Source: Myxococcota bacterium (GTDB lineage Bacteria > Myxococcota_A > Polyangia > Polyangiales > Houyiibacteriaceae). Taken from it: a stretch of DNA of 64,000 nucleotides. Made by a program: the position numbers and the translations under genes. Within the stretch, counting starts at the first letter, position 1; each line of letters begins with the position of its first letter. Below the pieces are notes generated by a model. The model ran no database searches, was not told the origin of the DNA, and worked only from the letters and a program-made list of their open reading frames with translations. Shown here in pieces: positions 9,056 to 16,794 of the stretch. The DNA is taken from contig JBCCEA010000016.1 in the NCBI GenBank assembly GCA_039030515.1, positions 23,049 through 87,048 of the forward strand, given 5' to 3'.

Positions 9056-10777
9056 CTAGGACTCCAGACGTAGGCGAAGACGCGCCTGCACAGGCAATGC
9101 TTCACGACCAAATACGTTCCAGACGCTTCGACCCTGCTCAGCGACTCTTAGCTCCTCTATCTTGTCGATGGCCTCTTGCGAGCCGTGGACGGCCACTCGA
9201 TCGAGGGCAGCGAGTGCAGCCAAACGTATTTCTGGACTCGAATCACCTAGCTTGGAAACGAGGGACGAGATCACCGCGGCATTGTCTCGTCCCAGCCTGC
9301 CAAGCATAAACGATGCCTTGGAGGCGAGCACCGGATCGGAACTCCTCAGTTTCTCCTGCCAGCAGCGGAGCGCCACATCACACTCCTCTGCAGCATCGAG
9401 CATCGGATCGTGACGACCATCTCGAGGGTTCTGCTCTTGGCTCACGTATCGCCGGATGGGCCGCAGCTCCTCCTTGTTTGCCAGCGTCGCGTAGGCCGAT
9501 GCAGCTGCGATGCGCACATCGGGAATCTGAGCGCGATCGTTCATTTCTTTCTGGAAAAACGGAAGCATCTTTGGGTCGTACGTATGCTTCATGACTGTGA
9601 GGAGCTGCACTCGCTTCGCCGCACCGGAAACGTGGTCGGGCAACGCCTCGTATACCGACACCAGTACTTCGCGAAGCGCCTCTCGCTCCGCATCGGGCAG
9701 GAGCAGTCGAACCATCGCGATGCAAGCCTGAAGCGCCCGTGCCGAATCACCGGACTCGGTCTCCGCGAGAAGCGGCGGAAACGCCTCAGGTAGCCCGAGT
9801 GCGCCGAGGGCGAAAGCTGCTTCGGAACTCACGTGCTGACGAACCGAAGTCTGTGCTGCAGCCCGGGGATTCACCGCACGGACTGCCGCGATGTACGCCT
9901 CCGCCAGGTCGTTGGCGTCTTGGTTTTGACCATCGAGGGTACGAAGCAAGGGCCCCAGCGACGGGCGACCGATGCGAACGAGTGCCTCTGCAGCCACATC
10001 GTTCATGCGCATGTTGGGCTGACCAAGCCCAAAAAGATACAGCCCGCGGATCATGGAATCTGCCGACTCCGCAAGCCCGAGTTCGCCGAGAGCGACCGCA
10101 GCCATTCGATTGATTTGGAAGTCCTGATCCTCACGCTGCGCCATCGCCATCTTCGTCAGCGAAGCAGCGGTGGCCGAATCTCGCATCGCTCGCAAGGAGC
10201 GGATCAAAGCGATCCGTAAGCGATTGGCCTGACCGGTAGAGCCACGAACCCGATCCAAAGCTGCCGCAAGCGCTTCGATAACCTTCGACCTCTCGGCCTC
10301 AGGAATCTGAATGGATCGAAGGGCCTGCGCCGCTCGAGTCGCATGTGCTTCACTCACCCCGGTCCGGAAACGCAGTGCCTGCACTAAGGAGGGTATGGTT
10401 CGCGCGTCCTGCATCTCCGCCATCAAGTCCAGGATCGATTGACCATTCTGGATGTCCTGAGGCGCGTCGAGATATACGTCGTTCATCGGAGCATAGATCG
10501 CGTCTGCAATCTTCTTCACCGCCTCCGAGCTTCGATCTCCCTCGTGCTCCGCCAGAGCCTTGGCATACAGTCGGCTGAGATTTGAAATCGCGTTCTGTCG
10601 ACGTATCGGATCACGCAACTCACTGGCCTGTCCTGCCGGATCATCTGCGTCTGCGTGACACGCAACCAGCGCACAAGAGAAGGACAACGCCGCGATCCAA
10701 ACCGCTCGCACTCGCAGGTCGCGGTTTGCCGCAAGGTGAGGCGTCCTTGTTTGGAACATGAAGCTTGCTTTGATCAT
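9056..10777 (-). CDS. HEAT/ARM-repeat lipoprotein
   Basis: Signal sequence plus lipobox (SCALVA-C), followed by about 520 aa of helical repeats with recurring A..ALG.LG motifs (AAVALGELGLAES, AAFALGALGLPEA, ASFMLGRLG, AALAALDRV). Confidence 0.75.
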   Translation of the reverse strand: MIKASFMFQTRTPHLAANRDLRVRAVWIAALSFSCALVACHADADDPAGQASELRDPIRRQNAISNLSRLYAKALAEHEGDRSSEAVKKIADAIYAPMNDVYLDAPQDIQNGQSILDLMAEMQDARTIPSLVQALRFRTGVSEAHATRAAQALRSIQIPEAERSKVIEALAAALDRVRGSTGQANRLRIALIRSLRAMRDSATAASLTKMAMAQREDQDFQINRMAAVALGELGLAESADSMIRGLYLFGLGQPNMRMNDVAAEALVRIGRPSLGPLLRTLDGQNQDANDLAEAYIAAVRAVNPRAAAQTSVRQHVSSEAAFALGALGLPEAFPPLLAETESGDSARALQACIAMVRLLLPDAEREALREVLVSVYEALPDHVSGAAKRVQLLTVMKHTYDPKMLPFFQKEMNDRAQIPDVRIAAASAYATLANKEELRPIRRYVSQEQNPRDGRHDPMLDAAEECDVALRCWQEKLRSSDPVLASKASFMLGRLGRDNAAVISSLVSKLGDSSPEIRLAALAALDRVAVHGSQEAIDKIEELRVAEQGRSVWNVFGREALPVQARLRLRLES

Positions 10778-10850
10778 TGCAAAAACCCAAGTCTTCCGGT
10801 TCGGCTATGTAGTTTGATACATCGGCTATAGGCGCGGAACTGAGTCACTG

Positions 10851-11537
10851 TCAACGCAAGCCTCGCTTGAGTCCCCACTTCAAATCAACGGTGCCGCGCG
10901 GACCGGTAAAACGCAGCAGAAGGTGCCGGGCCGTTGGGGAAATTATTGGCGCATCGGCTTCGCTTTTGGCTGGAAAGACGATGCGGAACGCGTGCCGAAA
11001 AGGGCTCACGCTCGGAAAATACACTTTGTCCGCGGGAGAAGGCCGGCGAATACGCTCGATCGACTCGGGCACGGTTTGGCGACCCTGATCGTCGACAAGC
11101 AACACGCGCCAAGCGCTGCTGTTTCGGGTCAGATCTGCTTCTCGGTATTCTTCACCGGTCAACGTCACGAAGAATCGATGGTGCTCTCGGGCATCGTCGA
11201 GGGACGCGCGCAACATCTCCGCTCTCGTCTCGGTAGAAACGCCATGGTCGGAAGCGTACCGAACTACATACGCCCATCGAAACTCCCAAGACTCAAATGT
11301 TGCAGTCGCGTGCAATACGGTGCTCATGAGACTGAAGGAGAAGTCGTCTGCGTCCCGAGTCCACGTATCGTAAACCCGAGCATAGTCTCGAGGCGTGAAA
11401 GAGCGCGGCACAGGGTTCATCGAAAGCTCAGGTGCGGCGCAGCCAGCCGAAGCACACACAGCCAGGGAACATGCGATGGCCGCAAGCGCAAAGCCCGCAT
11501 GTTTCTGCACATGAACTGTCGTAGATCGAAAGCTCAT
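10851..11537 (-). CDS. Lipoprotein of unknown function
   Basis: Trimmed from track ORF 10851-11645 to ATG 11537, giving MSFRSTTVHVQKHAGFALAAIACSLAVCASAG-C (lipobox). This ATG overlaps the pyrE stop (ATGA at 11534-11537). Confidence 0.65.
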   Translation of the reverse strand: MSFRSTTVHVQKHAGFALAAIACSLAVCASAGCAAPELSMNPVPRSFTPRDYARVYDTWTRDADDFSFSLMSTVLHATATFESWEFRWAYVVRYASDHGVSTETRAEMLRASLDDAREHHRFFVTLTGEEYREADLTRNSSAWRVLLVDDQGRQTVPESIERIRRPSPADKVYFPSVSPFRHAFRIVFPAKSEADAPIISPTARHLLLRFTGPRGTVDLKWGLKRGLR

Positions 11538-12082
11538 CGTGTACTCGCAAACGAGTTCCGGTCGTAAAGCGAAGCAAAAGACACCCCGGCATCTCGGATG
11601 ACCTGCGCCCCCCCTTGAAGACGATCGACAACCGCAACGACGCATTCCGGCTTAAGACCCGCTTCCCTTAGCGTCTGAATTGCATGCAGCGTCGAACCAC
11701 CCGTCGTGACCACGTCTTCGAGAACCGCAACGGGAGTGTCTCGCGGGAGGTGGCTGTTGCCCTCGACAAGGCGCTTCGATCCATGCCCTTTGGCCAACTT
11801 CCGTACGTAGATCGCATCTAGCGATCGACCTTTTTGAAACGAGGTCAAGGCAACCGCCGAGGCAAGTGGACATCCCCCAAGCTCCACTCCAGCGACCGCA
11901 AGCGCCGAAGGCGCAAGATCGCGGACTACGTCGAGCATTCGCTCCCCGATCAATGCGTGGCCCTCCGCCAAAAGCACGGTTTGTTTGCAGTCGACAAAAA
12001 AGTCGCTGACTTCACCCGAAGAGAGGGTCACGCTGCCCTCTCGATAGCTGTGCGTTCTCAGAAGTTCGATTAGACGATCCAT
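11534..12082 (-). CDS. pyrE: Orotate phosphoribosyltransferase
   Basis: 182 aa. PRPP-binding motif VAVLEDVVTTGGS. Type-I PRTase layout typical of PyrE (GEVSDFFVDCK...). Confidence 0.92.
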   Translation of the reverse strand: MDRLIELLRTHSYREGSVTLSSGEVSDFFVDCKQTVLLAEGHALIGERMLDVVRDLAPSALAVAGVELGGCPLASAVALTSFQKGRSLDAIYVRKLAKGHGSKRLVEGNSHLPRDTPVAVLEDVVTTGGSTLHAIQTLREAGLKPECVVAVVDRLQGGAQVIRDAGVSFASLYDRNSFASTR

Positions 12083-12123
12083 GGCGGCTCGAGCCTAGCA
12101 GCTCCGAGCAAGACCGGAACCTT

Positions 12124-12774
12124 CTACTTCCTGGTGCCGAATACCCGAGCGAGTCTTGGCATTGTGGGAACGGGTGGAGCGTCCGGGTGGTGGCGTTGCT
12201 CTCCGCCAGTTGAATCCTGGGCACAGTCAGCCGGTTTGAGGGCGACTTCCGGAGCCATTTCGGCATCGCGAACCACCCTTTCAACCGATGCAGCCTCAAC
12301 CGATGCAGCCTCAACCGATGCAGCGACCTCCGGAAGGGCACCGACGCTATGCGGCTCGGTAAGCGTCAACATCTCAGCCTGCACGGGGCTTCTACCGCTC
12401 GCGTCGCCGCCGAGGGCAGCTGACGCGCTCGGCCATCGACGGGCACCAAACGGGGGGCCTCCGTCCATATCCACCTGCCCGCGAAACAGCGCTCCGGGAA
12501 CGATAAGAACCTTGGGTGCTACGGCATCTCCAACCATGCGCGCGCCATCATCGACCCGAATCGACTCTTCACCAAAAACATGACCAGCGACGACCCCTCG
12601 GACAGTCACGGAACGGGCCCGAATTTCACCTCGGACGGCACCGCTCGAATCCACCATCAACGCTCCGGTAACGTGGATATCACCTTCGACCCGACCGGCG
12701 ACGATCAGATCCTCGTCGCCGTGAATCGTACCGCGGAGCGCTACTCCGAGAGGTATACAAGAGGGGCGCCTCAC
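12124..12774 (-). CDS. Bactofilin-family cytoskeletal protein with extended C-terminal tail
   Basis: Beta-helical repeat pattern of bactofilins (LRGTIHGDEDLIVAGRVEGDIHVTGALMVDSSGAVRGEIRARSVTVRGVVAGHV). The tail contains (ASVEA)3. Confidence 0.85.
   Translation of the reverse strand: MRRPSCIPLGVALRGTIHGDEDLIVAGRVEGDIHVTGALMVDSSGAVRGEIRARSVTVRGVVAGHVFGEESIRVDDGARMVGDAVAPKVLIVPGALFRGQVDMDGGPPFGARRWPSASAALGGDASGRSPVQAEMLTLTEPHSVGALPEVAASVEAASVEAASVERVVRDAEMAPEVALKPADCAQDSTGGEQRHHPDAPPVPTMPRLARVFGTRK
12281..12325. repeat. 3 x 15-nt in-frame tandem repeat inside the bactofilin tail
   Basis: TCAACCGATGCAGCC x2 plus TCAACCGATGCAGCG. It encodes SVEAASVEAASVE on the minus strand. Confidence 0.9.
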
Positions 12775-13121
12775 AAGCGCACCAACTCTTCCGGAAGGTC
12801 AAAATCCATGTAAATCATGCCCTTTAGGGAGCCGCCGTCGACTACCGAAAGCCGCTTTGTCGTGACATCCCCCTCGACGGTCCCTGTCTCTAGGATGCAG
12901 ACCTCATCGGCACGCACGTCTCCGGTCATTGCCCCCTCCACCGATAGCTCTTTGGTTCGCGTAGGCGCTTGAACCCTTCCCGATTCACCAACCTCAAGTC
13001 GCCCATCCACCGAATAGTCTCCCTGAAATCGACCGTCTATTCGCACATCAGCCTCACCGCGAAGATCACCTCGGACATCGAGCTCGGGCCCCAAATAGCC
13101 CGCCTCCGATTGGTGGCTCAT
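12771..13121 (-). CDS. Bactofilin-family cytoskeletal protein (short)
   Basis: 116 aa. ELDVRGDLRGEADVRIDGRFQGDYSVDGRLEVGESGRVQAPTRTKELSVEGAMTGDVRADEVCILETGTVEGDV. There is a 4-nt overlap with the downstream bactofilin gene. Confidence 0.85.
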   Translation of the reverse strand: MSHQSEAGYLGPELDVRGDLRGEADVRIDGRFQGDYSVDGRLEVGESGRVQAPTRTKELSVEGAMTGDVRADEVCILETGTVEGDVTTKRLSVVDGGSLKGMIYMDFDLPEELVRL

Positions 13122-13378
13122 ATCTCTCCATCTCCTGCGAACTGTCCTGCGGACGAAGCCTTTTTGATCCGCGGTCGTCAGGACGCTAACGCAATTCTAC
13201 AGCCCCGTCGCCTTCAAAGAATGAGCGGTAGTACGAACACCGATGCCCCTCCGAATGTGCGATGGGCGATGGCTCTCCGTAAAGGTCGAGAAACACGAGC
13301 TATGGGACGTCTTCGATCGGACACCACTCGCCGAGAGAAGACGAACGTGACAGAGTCTGGTCACCCGTCACGCGAGGC

Positions 13379-14827
13379 GTGTCGCGTCAGCCGAAAGATG
13401 ATCTTGTGAGCGCTCAGCCGTACAACGAATCTCCCCTGTGTTCTTACGACCAGCTACTGCTCCCCTTTCAGCGGGCTGAAAAACCGCGCTCAAGATGGCG
13501 CGTGGGCACCGAAGCGGAGAAGTTTGGAGTTTTTCGAGACGGCTCCCCTGTTCCTTACGAGGGGGAGCGTAGCATCCGCACGGTTCTCGAAGCGCTCGCA
13601 GACAGGCACGGATGGTTCGAAGAGCAGGAGTACGAAGGCGGCCCCGTGGTCGCACTTCGTCGGGGCGATGCGTCGATTACCCTGGAACCAGGAGGCCAAC
13701 TCGAGCTGTCTGGCGCCCCTCATGCGACGATCCACGCGACCTGCTCAGAGTTTCGGGGACACATGGCGGAACTAAGAGACATCTCCAACGACCTGGGCAT
13801 CATTTGGCTCGGCCTCGGATTCCACCCCACCGCAACGCAGGATACGCTGCCCACAGTGCCCAAGCTTCGATACCAGGTGATGCGGCACTACCTGCCCACG
13901 CGAGGCGCTATGGCTCTCGACATGATGCGCCGAACATGTACCGTTCAGACCAACCTCGACTACTCAGACGAACCGGACGCCATGCGCAAACTGCGACTGT
14001 CTCTGGCACTTCAACCAATCGTGACCGCCATGTTCGCAAACAGCCCTTGGGTAGAGGGACGCCACCAGGGCGAACGGTGCCGTCGAGCCCGCGTATGGCT
14101 TCATATGGATCCAGACCGGTGCGGACTACTTCCCTTTGCTTGGAATCCCAAGGCAACCTATCGCGACTACGTGGAGTGGGCGCTCGACGTGCCGATGTTC
14201 ATGGTCAAGCGAGGCGAAGCGCTACATCACAACACCGGCCAGACCTTTCGCAGTTTCATGAACGACGGCTTCGAAGGTGTGAAGCCCAATCTAGGAGACT
14301 GGGAAACGCACCTAAACACCTTGTTTCCGGAAGCGCGCCTCAAAAAGACTTTGGAGCTTCGCGGCGCGGACGCTCAGGACACGTCGCTGGTAAGCGCCCT
14401 TTCTGCGCTGTGGAAAGGCCTGCTGTATGACGATCGAGCGATGGATAAGGTCGAGGCCTTGATCGAGGGCTGGAGCTACGAGGCTGTGGAGGCGATTCGC
14501 CCCGAGATCGCGACTTCGGCGATCCGCACGAATTTGTACGGGCGTCCTGTACTGGAATGGGCGAAGGAGATTCTCGAGATCGCGTCATTCGGTCTGCGAG
14601 AAGCGTCCCACCTCGATCGCCACGGCGAGGACGAAACGATTTACTTGAAGACGCTTCAGTATCTCATCGATAGCGCATCCTGTCCGGCCGACCGACTCCT
14701 AGAGAAGGTGGATCCCAAAGCCGAACTGCTGGGCGAGATTCTCGCGCACGCCGAGGTGCATACGAGTTCCCAAAAGTCCAAGGCGCATCAAGAGACGGTG
14801 ACGTCGCCCCCAACTGCATCGCCCTAG
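13379..14827 (+). CDS. gshA: Glutamate--cysteine ligase, plant/alphaproteobacterial type (GCS2 family)
   Basis: 482 aa with a GTG start. RVGTEAEKFGV, LEPGGQLELSGAP, TCTVQTNLDY and KKTLELRGAD match the GSH1-type gamma-glutamylcysteine synthetase pattern. Confidence 0.9.
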   Translation: MSRQPKDDLVSAQPYNESPLCSYDQLLLPFQRAEKPRSRWRVGTEAEKFGVFRDGSPVPYEGERSIRTVLEALADRHGWFEEQEYEGGPVVALRRGDASITLEPGGQLELSGAPHATIHATCSEFRGHMAELRDISNDLGIIWLGLGFHPTATQDTLPTVPKLRYQVMRHYLPTRGAMALDMMRRTCTVQTNLDYSDEPDAMRKLRLSLALQPIVTAMFANSPWVEGRHQGERCRRARVWLHMDPDRCGLLPFAWNPKATYRDYVEWALDVPMFMVKRGEALHHNTGQTFRSFMNDGFEGVKPNLGDWETHLNTLFPEARLKKTLELRGADAQDTSLVSALSALWKGLLYDDRAMDKVEALIEGWSYEAVEAIRPEIATSAIRTNLYGRPVLEWAKEILEIASFGLREASHLDRHGEDETIYLKTLQYLIDSASCPADRLLEKVDPKAELLGEILAHAEVHTSSQKSKAHQETVTSPPTASP

Positions 14828-14853
14828 CCCTCGGTCAACTAAGCGCCAGGTCA

Positions 14854-14947
14854 GCTCGGCGCGTCAAATGAGCACTAGGTCCACTGAGCACTAGGTCAAA
14901 TGAGCGCTAGGTCCACTGAGTGCTAGGTCCACTGAGTGCTCGGCGCG
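14854..14947. repeat. About 5 x 16-nt tandem repeat block flanked by a 10-nt direct repeat, between convergent gshA and tyrS
   Basis: Units: (TCAAATGAGCACT) AGGTCCACTGAGCACT AGGTCAAATGAGCGCT AGGTCCACTGAGTGCT AGGTCCACTGAGT. GCTCGGCGCG occurs at 14854-14863 and again at 14938-14947. Confidence 0.9.
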
Positions 14948-14965
14948 ATTCGCACAGAGATTCTT

Positions 14966-16204
14966 TCAGTCTGATTGCGATTCGACCGTAATCGCTACCC
15001 ATGCGCGCTTGCCCGCCTTGACGACATAGCGTCCGCCCGACTGAAGCACGGCATCCATCGAGGTCACCCGAGTTCCATCGACCTCGACTGCGCCCTGCTT
15101 GATACGACGACGCGCATCACTTGTACTCGAAGTCACCCCAGCCGATACCAGGGCCTTGGGAAGCCAGATCGATCCTTGCTCCTGCGCGATAACAGAATGC
15201 TCGAGCAAGTCTTCCGGCACCTGACGCTGAGCGAACTGTGCCTCCCAGCGTCGATGCGCATCTTCCGAGACACGATGATCGTGATAGCGAGAGACGATTT
15301 CCTTGGCCAAAGCGACCTTAGCCGCCTTGGGGTGGAGCTGCCCAGAGGCACAATCTGCACGACGTGCCTGAATTTCTCTGCTCGAAAGCGTAGACAGCAG
15401 ATCGTAATATCTCCACATCAGCGGGTCGGAAATGCTCATCAGCTTCCCAAACTGTTGAGAAGCGCTTTCCGAGACTCCCACATAGTTGTCGAGCGACTTG
15501 CTCATCTTGTCACCGACGATGCGACCCTCCTCCACTCGGGCATTGAGGCCCTCCAGCAAGGGGGTCGTCATCACGACCTGAGGCTTCAATCCGCTCTCAC
15601 GCATTAGATCGCGTCCGACGAGCAAGTTGAACAGTTGATCCGTGCCGCCAAGCTCAACATCACAGGCCACGGCGATCGAATCGTATCCCTGAGCAAGCGG
15701 GTAGAGCAGCTCGTGAAGAGAGATCGGCAGATGCTTCTCCGCGCGGCGCTTGAAGTCATCACGTTCCATCATGCGAGCAAGCGTATATTTTCCGGCAAGT
15801 CGAACGACGTCGGAGAACTGCATCTTGTCCAGCCACGATGCGTTGTAGACGATCTCAGTCCGTTCCTCATCCAGCACTTTGAACGCCTGCTCTGCGTAGG
15901 TGCGTGCTCCTTCGGCAATCTCTTCGAGAGAAGGGGTCGGACGCGTCTGACTCCGACCCGTCGGATCACCAATGCGCGCGGTGAAATCCCCGACAATGAA
16001 CACGACGCGGTGCCCAAAGTCTTGGAACTGTCGGAGCTTATTCATGAGCACCGTATGACCCAGGTGAAGGTCGGGTCGCGTCGGATCAAAACCGGCCTTC
16101 ACCCGAAGTGATCCACCGTCACGCAATCTGTCGATGAGCTCTTCATCGACATGGCAGTCGACGGTGCCTCGACGCAACTCTTGCAACTGGTCCGACGCGT
16201 TCAT
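14966..16204 (-). CDS. tyrS: Tyrosine--tRNA ligase
   Basis: Class I motifs HLGH and KMSKS (GDKMSKSLDN). C-terminal S4-like domain (DARRRIKQGAVEVDG). Confidence 0.95.
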   Translation of the reverse strand: MNASDQLQELRRGTVDCHVDEELIDRLRDGGSLRVKAGFDPTRPDLHLGHTVLMNKLRQFQDFGHRVVFIVGDFTARIGDPTGRSQTRPTPSLEEIAEGARTYAEQAFKVLDEERTEIVYNASWLDKMQFSDVVRLAGKYTLARMMERDDFKRRAEKHLPISLHELLYPLAQGYDSIAVACDVELGGTDQLFNLLVGRDLMRESGLKPQVVMTTPLLEGLNARVEEGRIVGDKMSKSLDNYVGVSESASQQFGKLMSISDPLMWRYYDLLSTLSSREIQARRADCASGQLHPKAAKVALAKEIVSRYHDHRVSEDAHRRWEAQFAQRQVPEDLLEHSVIAQEQGSIWLPKALVSAGVTSSTSDARRRIKQGAVEVDGTRVTSMDAVLQSGGRYVVKAGKRAWVAITVESQSD

Positions 16205-16271
16205 GCAGCAGCTAAAAGCGAAAAGTGCTCGTGAACGGAGGACAAGTCAAACGGCCGCGGAGTCCGGCATC

Positions 16272-16598
<327 letters not shown>

Positions 16599-16794
16599 CC
16601 CCGATCCTCTCAGCAGCAGCGTAAAAGGTATGATCCTCTAGCCCTCATGGTCAACAGCGATTTCGGACACTTCTGCGTGACTCGGACAACGCACGGAGTT
16701 CATCTAACCCAAACTGCGCTCGAACGCGCTATACTTTGGCCGCGTCACGCCTGTTCGGAATCGACCTCGAAAGGCCTCAAGGAGTGTACGAACC

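Noticed and set aside
13612-14430. 272-aa alternative-frame ORF inside gshA. Similar long shadow ORFs: 4338-5060(+), 10923-11567(+), 12134-12583(+), 30519-31424(-), 40331-41140(-), 44346-44873(-), 57650-58165(-)
   Set aside because: All are Arg/Pro/Gly/Ser-rich products typical of off-frame or antisense reading of GC-rich genes. Each overlaps a gene with strong family motifs.
14854-14947. CRISPR-like array
   Set aside because: The 16-nt units are contiguous with no spacers. The array is far too short, and there are no cas genes in the window. It is a tandem minisatellite.
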